Shown here in pieces: positions 24,127 to 36,476 of a stretch of DNA of 37,586 nucleotides. The notes beneath the pieces are model-generated. The model searched no databases and was not told the DNA's origin. It worked only from the letters and a program-made list of their open reading frames with translations. Location of the stretch: positions 1-37,586 of the forward strand of contig JBNGIO010006035.1 of NCBI GenBank assembly GCA_049999805.1, in the 5' to 3' direction. How positions within the stretch are numbered: the stretch's first letter is position 1; the number at the start of each line of letters is the position of its first letter. Both the position numbers and the translations under genes were made by a program. This stretch comes from Folioceros fuciformis. Its lineage: Eukaryota.

Positions 24127-25551
24127 TCAATTAAACACCAGCCATATCAAAATGAGAAGGAGAGCAATCAGGAATCCGATCATTCCTATCTGGCCCTTCA
24201 CCCCTACCCTCTTCAATAGCACCTCCAGCTTTTTCTGCAAAACCAATTTTTTTGTTATGGTCACGTAGTCAGAAAGTCACGACATCTGAAGCCGGTGTTC
24301 AATGTGCAACAATGGAGAAATTACCTGCACGAAGTCCAAACGATTGGCTGTGCTTTCCACATCATGGCCCAGTTCGTCTATAAGTCGTTCCTGACATTCC
24401 ACAAAAACTTACTCCAGTTTCCGCAAGAAGAGCCGAGCAGCTTGAACGCGAAATCGGAAAATAAGGCATGACAGACGTGACATCTGACACTACCTGGCCA
24501 GAAAGCTCTTCGTGTATCGTCAAGCCAATTCCACCAATACGCTCGACGCTGGCACTCAAGTCATCCAAATCCTCGTCCTGTTCCCTGAAACATTAGGCAC
24601 GTATACTTCCATCACAGGAAGGAGAGCAGCAGCCGACTCATCGCTTTGGGACTGATTCAAGAGCTTACTTCAGGATGAGAGCCTGTCTGTCACTTTCATT
24701 GGCAACAAAATTTTCGTTGTCCCGCACCACTGCCTCGTTCGCCTTGGGCGCAACACGGGCATCCCCAATCCTCATGAGCTCCCGTCTGTTGGTGGCGGCG
24801 GCACTTGATTTTCTCGGGATAGCGGCTTGCACAGCCTTCCTCACCGTTGACACCTATTCAAACAACGAACCAAGTGCATATGCAACGGCAATCATACCAC
24901 TCACTAACAATGCGAGACTTTAATCAGCTAAAACTCACCTGAGCACGAGTGGAGCTGGTCCATTTTCTTCTGCGACCAATCTCAGCAGCATCCACACTGA
25001 ATTTTGCTGGATCTCTCTCTGCCACGGTAATAGCCCTATCAAGTTCATCCACCTTCCCACCCCAAAACCCCGCTCCTCAACAACCGGGAAGGGCAGGCTC
25101 TGCCTTGGAGAAATCTGCAATTGGCCCAACTCATTTCAAAAGCTGGACTACCAGGAAGACATCCATCCGGACCCCCTCATCACCCCCTGCTCCGTAAACC
25201 TACCAAGGTATCCCCTCAATTCACCACCGCCAGGCAGCAGGCTGACTAGACTATACCAGCCACAACCTAGACAAAGAGGAGGCAAAATGTCGCACCTGCC
25301 ACTCAATGCTTTCACATCCTGAAAGAAGCTGCTTTGCCAGCTGCACAGTCTCTGGCAGACCAGGATGCATCTGCTGCCATTGCTCGAACTGTTTCTGCAG
25401 CTTCCTGGCCTGCGGTACACGGGAAAGAACTGCCAAGCGTTAGCCACTAACAAAACTTCACCAGCATCCCTTCGACACTGAAGACAGACGTACGTACCGA
25501 ATCCTGTATCTCCTCTTTCACAAGATAGAAGGGATCGAGGGCAGAAGACAT
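24127..25551 (-). CDS. SYP61: Qc-SNARE syntaxin of plants 61, ~243 aa, 7 exons
   Basis: Exons 25551-25498, 25409-25296, 25052-24939, 24853-24669, 24584-24494, 24390-24325, 24234-24127. MSSALDPFYLVKEEIQDS, CESIEWQVDELDRAI, EQDEDLDDLSASVERIGGIGLTIHEEL, C-terminal TM IGFLIALLLILIWLVFN. Confidence 0.96.
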
Positions 25552-25619
25552 TGCTCCCCCTGATGCCTGTGCGTGCCCGATCGGAGACTTCCGACTCTGC
25601 ACCGAATGAGACGTGAAAA

Positions 25620-25628
25620 AAACCCTAA
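25620..25628 (+). promoter_or_regulatory. Telo-box AAACCCTAA ~70 bp upstream of the SYP61 ATG
   Basis: aaaccctaa at 25620-25628. Confidence 0.4.
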
Positions 25629-26217
25629 TGAACGGGAGTAGAACACGGCTGCTTTTTATCGAGAAACGTGCTAACTAACAAGTCTCGCCTTGTCGGACGA
25701 GACTTCAGCTTGGTTCTCTCCGCCTCTCCTCGCACGAGATGCGTGGGCACAGTCATCAGCATGGCGACGAGCGGACATGCCAGTGACTTGATCGGACACG
25801 CTTCATGTTTCGATCAGAAGGTCGGGGACTTGGAGATGTAGTTCACGAGGCTGCCCACAACGGTTAGAAGGGCGGATGTTGTCCTCTTCTCAACATTTAG
25901 ACATGCACGACAGCAGGAAACCTTTAAACGTCAAGCAAGTCCACACACGGTGCGGCACTTGAATCTTTCTAACCTTTCTAAGCTTACAAGGGAACATTTC
26001 TTGTGCAGGAAAGGTACGAACCCGTTTAAGCCACCTCATCAGATGAGCGCTTGCGAGGACGTCGTCTTGAACAGAAGTGCAAATCTGTGCCCGGCAACAT
26101 TTTTGAAGCCAAGCAGTGCCCATCCTTTCAAACCAACTTTTCCTCCCTCCGTATGCACCAGCTATGTGCTTACCGTGTTCCTCCGAACCTGTCTTCAAAC
26201 GTTTCATTAGCATTCTC

Positions 26218-26680
26218 TTAAAGAGTGGCTGGACGTAGTCTGGAATTGATGAACGTCGCCCACTGCTGGAAATCTGGAGGAAATCGCAGCCACTCCATTA
26301 CTTCGTCCGAAATGTCATCGAATTCGCTGGACGAAGTATGTAGCAGAGAGTCTGCAAGACTTCATGCACTGGGACGGAACACTGTCCCGGTAACTAGGTT
26401 TCAAAGCGAGTACGTGAGTGTATCTTGCCACACGGCCGTCTCTATGTTGTCTGTACTGGTGCCCAAGTCAAGAAAACGTGCGAGTGCTTCAATCCCACTT
26501 CCCAGCTCTTATCTCCACTGTAGTCTGATCTGCTGCCCCGGGCTGGTTTTCCCTTGTCCCAGATTGTGCCATCCTTTTCCTCTCGCGCATGAGTGGCTTC
26601 AAAGCGACTTGCATATCGCCTTGAAGGAACAGAGTTGAAGCCACTTGCATGTTAGTCAAACGAAAGCTTTGCCGCGATAA
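26218..26680 (-). pseudogene. Decayed copy of an unidentified multi-exon gene family
   Basis: Translates MQVASTLFLQGDMQVALKPLMRE, WR*ELGSGIEALARFLDLG, SEFDDISDEVMEWLRFPPDFQQWATFINSRLRPAT with stops and frameshifts; the GT donor present in the 36.5 kb copy is mutated here. DNA similar to 36477-36830 (direct) and 28980-29075 (inverted). Confidence 0.65.
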
Positions 26681-26749
26681 TTAATCTCCCCTAATCGTAA
26701 GCCTCATAATCAAAGTTCCTAAAATGACCACATTAGGCCTTACGAATCC

Positions 26750-27125
26750 GGCCTGGTGTTCCCAAGTAAAGGTGAACTAAGCCTAAAATGACTCACATCA
26801 GGCCTTACGAAAACCAAGTGGGATTTTAAAGGTATCCAATGGATCAAGCTTGGTACACAGATGAGGTAAAGAGTGTAGGTTGTACCAGTCTAAAACAAAC
26901 AAAATCATTTCCACCAGTGTGCATCTTCAGCAGAGATGTGCAATCTTGCATCGCAAAGTGCTTAAGAATATTTTCAAGGAAATGAAATTGGAGTATTGTT
27001 TGACACAAGATATGCTAAAAGCCTGAGTCTAGACAAGACTACTACACAAGATATGCTAGCAGATATCTTGACTAAAAGCCTGAGTCTAGACAAGCGTACT
27101 AGGTATAGGAAGATGCTTGGCTTCA
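26750..27125 (+). mobile_element. Degenerate Ty1/copia RT-RNaseH remnant
   Basis: Fragments GLVFPSKGELSLK, SSAE, EMKLEYCLTQDML and QDMLADILTKSL match copia RNaseH (KLEYCPTEDMLADILTK); internal short duplications (aaaagcctgagtctagacaag x2). Confidence 0.8.
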
Positions 27126-27699
27126 GGGATTCATTTCGATATGTCGTCAACATATCGAAACAAATCCACAGCTCTGGTGGTTATCGGGATTTGAGCAACC
27201 TCTATTTACATTGACACCAAACAAACGGCTGGCAGCTTCCTTTCCTGGCGCACTTGAAGAAACTTGAAAGAAAATCGAAGTGTGGAAGCAGACCGCTGTA
27301 TGACCATATTGGATGACCGGACATGAAACCGGGGAAAGGAGAGAGTGCCTCTCTTCGCACGTTCAGTGTTGAGCACAATTCCTCTGGCCTTTCAGCTCGG
27401 TGAATCAGACCGTCAGTGAAAGTTTGAAATCGGAACACGCCCACCAGGGAGTTCGAATTTCTTGGAAATCCGAATGCTTCTTTGAATTTTCGTCTGCCGT
27501 TGGATCGCTCAAGAAGTGTACTTGACAGCTTCCATGGAAACATCACCAAGATGAACATGAAAAAATCGCAATCGTGAAACAAATCAGTCGCCTGTTAGCT
27601 TGGTTCAATTTCAAATGCATTCGGGAATGTTGCAAAACTCAGGCTTTGTTGCTCTTCCTTCGCGCTCTCTTCTTCGGTTTGCTTCAGGCTCTGTTCTCT

Positions 27700-27880
27700 T
27701 CTGCGTGCTGAAAACGAGTAACTGTGATCTCCTTGAGACTTGCAGCAGTGCGCAACATTTCACATCCACTCGTTGCTGGACGTAGACTGGAATTGAAGAA
27801 TATGACCCACTGCTGAAAGTCTCCAGAAAATCGCAGCCACTCAGGTCCTCCGTCCGAAATCTCAACGAATTCGCTGGGTG
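27700..27880 (-). pseudogene. Additional exon copy of the unidentified family
   Basis: SEFVEISDGGPEWLRFSGDFQQWVIFFNSSLRPAT, homologous to 26230-26330. Confidence 0.6.
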
Positions 27881-27981
27881 CGCGCTGGTCGTGTCCTTGT
27901 CACTGCGCATAGGTGGGACAGATGACTTTGCTTCTCCTGAAACTTGAGGAGTGGGCTAGCTTTTCCCACAACCAGCAAGCC

Positions 27982-29075
27982 GGTTTGTGAAATTGTGAGC
28001 CCACTTCTTAAAGTCTCAGGAAAACCAAAGCCACAGGAAAGTCGAATCCACCATTCTGAACGACTTGCTCTGCTTGAATTCTGTCAGTTCCTCATACCAA
28101 CGCTTCAAAAGTTCTAGTGTTGAGCTCCCCCTCCTAGCCTCCTTGGTATGCGCTTGTCCAGAACAACAACAACAGAAAGTCCAATCCATCACAAGAACAA
28201 GCAATCTTGCTGCACAATCGTCACTGCAACAGCTAGTATTGCGCAGAAGCTTACAATCTGTATGCATCACTGAAAACACTGTCGAGCTTGCAAGCGCTGC
28301 ATGTCACACGACCGTCTGTCTCTAGGGAGGAAACTTGGTACTGCAATGCGGAGGGAGACGCTGATTGTGCTGTGGGAAAAGCTCATGGAGCTGCACAGAC
28401 TATATACCCCGGGCAGAGTTCGCATCTAGCACGTCAATCTCAACCCAGACAAGACGTTGAAGCTTCAATTTCAACTCAGACAAGACNNNNNNNNNNAGCT
28501 AGTATTGCGTAGAAGTTTACAATCTCTATGCATCAATGAAAACGCTGTCAAATTGATTTTGGCAGTCGAGGTTGCAAGCTCTGCGTGTCACATCACCATC
28601 TATCTATAGGAAGGAAACTTGCAAATGCAATGCGGAGGGAGAAGCTGATTGTGCTGTGGAGAAGCTGATGGAGCTGCACAGAATATATATCCAGGGCAGA
28701 CTGCGCGTCAACCGCGTCAATTTCAACTCGGGCACGAAGTTGAAGTCCAAGGGATCCCTGGACGTTTACGCGACCAACAAGTCAACCGTGTACAGGTTCG
28801 GACAAATGTCAGATTGCTTCCTTTTCCCTGATTGGTCCAGCCCGGTAGGGTTTAGCGGACAGGCATGGCCCAGTCCAGAACTTTTGTGCAAGTGGCTGTT
28901 GGCCTTTTGCTTGCTAAGCAGCAGGTTACCATTCTTCAAGAGGAAGCGGGAGAAAATGAACTAACAAAAATATGTAGAATATTGTGGCAAAGCTTTCCCT
29001 TGACTAACATGCGGAGTGGCTTCAATTCTGTTCCCTTAAGGCAAGTTGCTTTGAAGTTACTCATGCACGAGCAGG
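27982..29075. repeat. Left arm of a large inverted duplication (partner 36740-37586), with internal tandem duplication 28231-28486 / 28497-28750
   Basis: ggtttgtgaaattgtgagcccact...ccaccattctgaacgact is the reverse complement of the window end; homology continues through gagaagctgatggagctgcacaga and gtggcttcaattctgttcc. Confidence 0.85.
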
Positions 29076-29509
29076 CAAGAAGGTTAGTTAAGGAGATCTT
29101 CATTATGGATTGTTCATTCCCTATCATCTTTATATGGAGACAAGGGAGCCAGGAGCAAGCATTAAGGAATGGAAAAAGTGGAGTTAGTCTTCTATTTCCT
29201 CCTTATAATAGAATTTTCTTTTAAAACATTTAAATTATTGATTAGATTATTTTAAATCTATTTATTTTATATTTTAACAATATTTAACAGTCATATATTT
29301 TAAATATTTATTCTGAATCTTAAAAATATTTAATAAAATTTAACTTGAATATTTAAAATTTTTGCTATCCTTGTGTTCAAGTTCACTCTAAATCGTATGT
29401 AATTTTTAAATGAGGGAATAATTTGAGATAACAAATTCACTCTACTTCTTACTGGCAACTCGAAGGTTGGTTCTACATCCAAGCACATTTTTTTTTGTGG
29501 AGAAAAGAT

Positions 29510-31085
29510 CATATTATGACAACTTGTAAGAGGCAAAGGGCAATGAGGAAGTGTGGAAATTCATGGATGAGATTTTCAAGTAGTGGAAGCCAAAAAACTA
29601 CAAGAACAAGTGGAGGCAGTGAGGACTTTAGTCACACAATAGTCCAAGGCAAATGGCCATCACAAAACACAATCAGTGTCCTCGATTCAAGCAAACATGG
29701 TGGTTGATATGAAGAAGGCTAATATTCCGGTGAGGGTCTAGCGCTGCTTCCAAGGGCATAGAGCATTCTACCGCTAGGAATAACAACATGAAGACAACTT
29801 GTATGAAAATGTTGGTAGGGAAGATAACACTGAAGAAGATGGCGCAATGGGTGGAGAGTGACAAGAAGCTAACTCTAATTCAAGTGACCCTAGCAAGACA
29901 CCTGAACTATAGAACGATTAAGGAAGTGAGGCAACACTACCCAGAGTTTACAACGCTCCAATAAATCAATAACTTCCAGCTAGCATTTTGACACATGGTG
30001 AGTATGCTATTTGTGTGGCACCGAGCCCTAAATACCACCAGACATCTAGTGTAGCTATAATGCACAAGCTCCATTGTCTTAGGGAACCCGGCACATTGTT
30101 AAGTCAACTTATTTCCCCACTAAGTTTGTTCATGGTGCTACGCCTCTATGAATGGTTGTTAAGATGTATCTAACTTGTATGCTGGCAATGCTTTGTAAGC
30201 CATGGCCCCTCACCCTGCGTGGTTCTAGAATTGCAAAGAACAAACACTTGCCTCATTTGGGAAATGGCTAGCACCAAGTTTTGTGGAACACATGTACAAA
30301 GCAAAGNNNNNNNNNNGGAAATGGCTAGCACCAAGTTTTGTGGAACACATGTACAAAGCAAAGGTGTGGAAACTCATTGTAGATGAGCAGGCAAAGCTAC
30401 AAGCAGCCACCTCAGAAAGGTCAGTGATATACAAACATCCTACAGATTTAGAAAAACCTTAAAGGTAGGCATAATATGTGGCCTTAAAGGTAGGCATAAT
30501 ATGTGGCTGTATTTTAAATATCGCAAAGTTGTTTGAGCTGCGACTGTACTCATTACTGTTATTGGATTTGTTGAGAGGGCTGAATCTAGGTCCTCACTCC
30601 AGAAAATTTGACACTCAGTTGTCTCATAAGGAGTTTGAACATGCGATGATGCAGGATGATGCAGTTCAAGGCTATAACGAGAGAGCGGATGTGTTTCGTA
30701 TTGTTTTTTTCCATTCGTTGAACGACATGAGCACAATCAAGGAAGTGTTGCAGATGTCATTTTTAGGAGGAGTGAATTCATGTTTTTGGTACAAGTCAAA
30801 TATCAGGGGTAAGTGCTTGGAAAAGGTATATGATGCTGATGATTTCTTAACTGTGGCAACTGGTTCTTCCATCAAGAATTGTGTGCCGCCACAATATTTG
30901 TTGCCGGCTAAAACAACTATCCTCAAAGATGGGAGAGGCATGACCAACATGTTTTTCAGAAAGGGTAGTGGAGCACAAGTTGCGCTATACCATTGTGGAT
31001 GATCGAGTGGTCTTGCCATATCAGAAACTAGTGTGATTGTAAAAGAAGTTGATAGAGTTGTACATGGTGGAAGGGTTGTTTGCAT
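29510..31085 (+). pseudogene. Intron-containing pseudogene of a beta-class N4-cytosine/N6-adenine DNA methyltransferase fused to an upstream helical domain; probably TE-borne
   Basis: YSLLLLD(LL)RGLN (motif IV position, 30547-30585), FRIVFFHS...SCFWYKSN (WYKSN at 30787), DDFLTVA, TNMF, then after a +1 frameshift VVLPYQK(L)V*L*KKLIELY(M)VEG (31007-31075, motif X HPxQKP...LI...EG). Donors gtgagt at 29998 and gtcagt at 30420. Motif I is truncated. Confidence 0.65.
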
Positions 31086-34000
31086 CATACAATAAGTGTT
31101 TGCTCCTCGTTATGAACTAAAGGCCCCCTCACAAAGTTGCTGCTGTTGGATTGTGGCCTTGTATAGTTGAAATTCTCCTGCACCATGTTGTGCTCCACAC
31201 CATATTTTGAGCGAATTCTTCTTAGATGTCCAAATTTGCGCTCTACCTCCAAATATGCATTGAAAATTGTATTCGCTTGTTTGTTGTTGTCCAACACTGC
31301 CCAAGTTATTTAGTGCATTATTCCATCAATGGTAGAATGCACCTTGGAGTGGAACATATACACTGTCATAATTTGCACTAATCCCCACCAACAATCCCAC
31401 CTTGCAAAGGTCAACACTAGGCTCCCACCCAAGGTGCCAACACAAGGTCATATTTAGTATGCCCTACTTGCCTCACACCCAAATGCATGCGTAGGGAGCA
31501 CAACTCACAATCCATATGCCACATGTATATAGGTTGTCTATTGCTATATTGTACTTGTATCATGCACCCTAGCGCATAGTGCCATAGACGTTGGCTAGAG
31601 CTCTTGCAACATAGTTGCCACCTACCTACTAAGGACAAGATACCCCTTGTCTCGTAATGCTACTTCCACAATCCTCATCCCCTAATTCTCTCCTATTGGG
31701 TGATACGCATTTTCTATCTCACACTTCACAAATAGTCTTTGATAGCCTAGAGTATGCTCCTCTTCAAGTTGGATATGGGCAGCCCATCTCTAGAATGTTC
31801 TTATGTAACCTTCAAATTTTGGGAGAGGGATTTTTTTTGTTAAAAAAGAGTAAGATATGGCTTAGTAAGGTTTTTTTTTTCCCTCTCTTTTCCTTTATTT
31901 TCTGGTCATTTTTCCTATTTTAGTTTTTTTAATTAGGTTAATTGACCAGTAAGTAGTTAGCGTGATTAGTGGAGTAGTTATAGATTTAGTACGAGCTCTG
32001 AGGAAACTTAGCCTTGGTACTGGACCATAGATTCAGATATAGGTTTGGTTTCCGGGTTGGTAATATTAATAATATATAATTATTTTAGATAATAATTAAA
32101 TAATACTTCGAACAAGGTGGCTATCTCAGAGAGGGAATTTGTGCAGATGGGGTTGTCTCCTACTAATGGATAGACTAGAGGCCAGTTATGTCGACTACTA
32201 GGGCACAATAGATTGAGCAATGGGAAGACCAGTAGGGAGCTGGCAGTGGCCCTAGGTTGAGGAGCCCAACCTATGGCACGTGAGGCTATTGTGAGCTATG
32301 GGATTGAGACGTGGGGTGACTAAGTTGTGAGGGGGCTAGAATGTGTGAGCACAATCCCAAGTGGCACTAGTTATGGTCAATAGGAGGAGGACACTGGTGA
32401 CTATGAGATTTGGCAGGAGGGGTTGCGAGTTGTTGATCTAGACCATGACAAAGCTAGTTCGGTGCAAGTCGGGACCCATTGTATGAAATCGGGCTTGAAC
32501 CAATTGGAAGGGCGCTCATGAGCAAGAGGGACCAGGTGCCTGATCCTGTGGGCGCAGTGAGTGAAATTGCAGGAATTGGGGATGCTGTGATCGGTGGCCA
32601 CTGGATTTGCAAGCAGCAAGCTATTGGATTGAAGTCAAAAGTTGGTGGAAGTGGGGCTCGCCTTTGGCACGTTGCCAATTGGCACAAGGGAGATTGGGGT
32701 TGGATTTCAGCTCGGATTGGAGTGCATGAAGGGGCACGCTCCTCACCTTGTGCTTCTCTTCTTTTTCCCTTGCGATTCCTCCCCATATTCCTACTGATTT
32801 CCACCTCCACCTTGTGCACCCGTCTACCCTTCCTCTCCTCTCCCATTCCCTCCCCTCCACGAGTTGGTCTCTGGCCCATGCCTGCTCACCCCCTATTCCC
32901 TTCCCACCTCTCTTCGTGCTAGTTCCTTTAACTCACTTTGATGGGGGCTTAGCTCATGCAAAATCCATAGTAACTCTTATGCTGTATTCTTCCTACTACT
33001 AACACATCTCAGATAGGTCTGGTCCACCGTCCATGGGCCCATAGAGCATATTTTTAGGACTAATTGATGGACTGAAAGATCCTCCTTCCGTGAGAGTTGC
33101 ACCCCAGCTGCCATAGGAGTTGTTAAGGGAGATGCTGTAGGAGTGAAGATAGTTGGTCAGGAGGCAAACTCGATGACCATGTGGACAACTGCAAAGGTAG
33201 ACCAAGAAGGCAGCCATCTAGCGATAAAGAGGTGGCACCCACCAAGTCTTATAGATCAGTCAACAGCCAATGGTCTACAAAAGTTAAGTAAGCTAGTGGT
33301 GGGGTCAGTAAGGGGACTGGCAGCTCATTAAGTCGACGGCAGGGTAGAGAATTCTAGATCAACAACTTGGGATAACCTACTTGTATAGTGACGTGTCGTA
33401 GTAACCACCTTGCTGAGAGAGAAAGTGGGGCTAGACTTAAGAGACTCCTATAAGAGGCTACGAGTCTTTAGAACCCATTTTGTTACTTGATGTTCACTCT
33501 CTCGGGCTGTTCCTCCATGGCTGTGTGTGCTGCACAACATCTCGTAAAGCCTTGAAGAGCGTGGCTATGGTTAAGGGCTGGGCCCTTTATTTTTTATTGT
33601 GCTATTTGTGTTGTGCTTCCGTGGTCTATCCCTCTTGACTCTTTGCTGAATAGGAGTTGTGTGTTGGCCATGCTCTCGTGGTGATTGGTAGGATCGTGGG
33701 AAGTGGCATCTTTCTCTCTGGAGTTAGCTTAGGGGAGTGGCTCTTGCTGAGTAGGGGAGTGAACACGAATGTGTAGACGGTAGTCTTGTTGCTATTGGTG
33801 CAGGAGTGAGTGAGCAAGTGAGTGACGAAGGAGAATTGTAGGCCTGAGACTTGTATGTCGTTGTAGCGGTAGATGTGAGCGTGTTGGCACCAGGGGAGGT
33901 ACAGGAGATCACTTGACAATGAGGTCTATCCTATGCCCAACCAAAGCTAAAGGGAAGCTCTCGAATCCGTCATCGAATTGATGTGTGTCTCATGTGTGAG

Positions 34001-36476
34001 GACTGTCCAGCCATAGGAATATAGTTGTTGGCATATGTTCCTAAGGGCTAGCAAAATATGGTGAGTTGTGTGAGTAGAAGGGCTGACCCTTTATAGCAGT
34101 GAGAAACTCTATCACTCCTTCATGGGAATGAAACCGAACATCTCAACAACAATTTGATAAATATGGACACTAGAAACCGAAGCCTAGGTTGTTAGGTATC
34201 TAGTATTTTGCCACCAGAGCACCCATCCTCTTCTACTAAGGCACTAAGCAACCTCTCTACCTTGCATTCCACTTGTGCAAATTTCGCAGTGTGTCTACAA
34301 GCACTATGGCTAGGCAACCACTATAGACCATTATCAAAAGTTGGGAGTAATGTACAATAGATAAAACTTACACCCTAAACCATAGATTTTCTTCAATTAA
34401 AAAATATTATTATATTATATACTACTATATTAAAAAAATCAGTTGATATAAAGCTCATAAAATTCTATAAAGAATCATAATATTATATTTATTAAATAAT
34501 TTTATAAATTATTATTAAAAGTTTAGATCAATCTTTGATTAGGGTTAAGAAAATTAGGTCATCAACAATTTAATTGTTTCAAAAGACAAGCTATATTACA
34601 AGAAACAAAGAGGAAAAGTAACTCTTTTTGAGTGTGGTATTTCTTATGAACTTGAAGAGAATCCGAGCCATGGTTGCATGTGTCTCCCATTACAATGACA
34701 AGGGGATAAAAGCAATCCATCTTAGACATGATTGAGATATCCTCAATCAATTTTTTTAACCAATACAAGAACCAAAATATTATTTTGGATGTTGAATAAA
34801 ATCTAGTCTAAGCATACTTGTAAATGGAATATTGATACGGATACCACCACATAGTATACAGTCCTATATTTTGACGCTAATTGGCATGACTGTAACTATA
34901 GTGGGCAGTTTTGAGGGTGTCCCGTTCCAGCCATCCCCATTCGGCTATCATCCGATAGACAAGACTTTCCTTTCCTCCGATAGACAAGACTTTCCTTTCC
35001 TCNNNNNNNNNNTAGACAAGACTTTCCTTTCCTCCGATAGACAAGACTTTCCTTTCCTCTCACCACTGCACACAACATTACAATGATTTCACACGATCGC
35101 ATAATTAATTTCAGGGCATCAAGACTCAAGGCAATATGTTCTCCTTTTTTCACAGTTCAAGAGCATCATGTACCGCTCCATTGCACTTCTTATGTTACTA
35201 TGTAAGGTAGGTACAAAGGGTGCACCCTCACCCTAAACCATCAATCCCTCTTGTATGGATTAAAAGAATACTTGGGCAAAGTATAGGTGCTGCCCTTCTC
35301 CCGCTAAGGTATAGGGTGAAGTGTGGAAGAATGGCGGTTTGATGAAGTGTGTTTGTAATGTGATGAAGTGTGCAAGAATGGGGGTTTGATGAAGTGTGTT
35401 TGTAATGTAAAAAAGTGTGCAAGAATGGGGGTTTGATGAAGTGTGTTTGTAATGTGATGAAGTGTGGAAGAATGGCGGTTTGATAAAGTGTGTTTGTAAT
35501 TTGAGGAAGTGTGGAAGAATGGCGGTTTGTTGAAGTGTGTTTGTAATCTGATGAAGTGTGGCAGAATGGCGGTTTGATGAAGTGTGTTTGTAATCTGATG
35601 AAGTGTGGAAGAATGACGGTTTGATGAAGTGTGTTTGTAGCATGATGAATTTTGGAAGAACCATCAATCCCTTTTGTATGGATTGAAAGAATACTTGGGC
35701 AAAGCATGTAGGTGCTGCCCTTCACCCACTAGGCTATAGGGTGAAGTGTGGAAGAATGGCGGTCCGATGAAGTGTGTTTGTAATCTGATGAAGTGTGGAA
35801 GAATGGTGGTTTGATGAAGTGTGGAAGAATGGCGGTATGATGAAGTATTGAAGAATGGTGATCTTGAATGGGTAGAAAAGACAGAGGTGATCTGAAGGGG
35901 TAGAAAAGATAGAGGACAAAGCTTGTGCGAGTAGAAAGATTGTGAATCTTGTGCATGTAGAAAGATTGTGAATAGAAAAGAAAGAAAGTACAAACCCAAA
36001 GAAGATTCTTTTGAGTTCTTCATCAGTCCACTAAAGTGACAATGATAGCAGACAAAAAAACTTCTTACCATATATGGCACCTTGTAATAATATGACATGG
36101 GGCCCTAAAATCCATATGTACATGAAAGATGCTGTGGAATATTCTCATAACACATGAATGAAAATTAAAAATTAAATGTAAAACTCAATGGAGGATGGTA
36201 TGTCTGTATCCATATTCCATACTTGTGCAATTCCAAGTAATTGGGCTCAGGCAGTTTGACTGATTAGAATGCCTATATTGCCCAATTATAGTCAGGAAGT
36301 ATGGAAAGCCAGTTTGATGTTTGATTTTGGCCTCCGACCATAACAAGTGGATGAAATTTTAAAAATGTTTTTTTTTCACTTTATATATTAATTAAAAAAT
36401 AAATAAATATTTTTTAACTATAGATTGGAAAGCAACCTCAACCTGATTTTAGGCAATATAGTGGTTGTATGAATAT
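31086..36476. mobile_element. AT-rich, CpG-poor nest of decayed transposon-like sequence (possible LTR-like segment ~33350-34140)
   Basis: AT-rich spacers (31820-32110, 34390-34600, 36360-36420), only short stop-riddled ORFs, TATA-like ctataagagg at ~33448. No diagnostic domain or termini identified. Confidence 0.4.
35237..35860. repeat. 47-bp minisatellite with higher-order structure
   Basis: Unit aagtgtggaagaatggcggtttgatgaagtgtgtttgtaatNtgatg x7 from 35319 (period 47). An ~83-bp header (35237-35318) recurs at ~35659-35743, followed by ~2.5 more units. Confidence 0.92.

Noticed and set aside
30260-30363. 47-bp exact repeat flanking a 10-N gap
   Set aside because: Identical sequence on both sides of the gap indicates an unmerged contig overlap
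34956-35059. Four copies of tagacaagactttcctttcctc as a CRISPR-like or tandem array
   Set aside because: A two-copy tandem is duplicated across a 10-N gap (artefact); there are no spacers and the context is eukaryotic
35319-35860. CRISPR array or His/Thr-rich repeat proteins (ORFs 35228-36098)
   Set aside because: No unique spacers; the 47-bp period is not a multiple of 3, so the ORFs are by-products of the repeat
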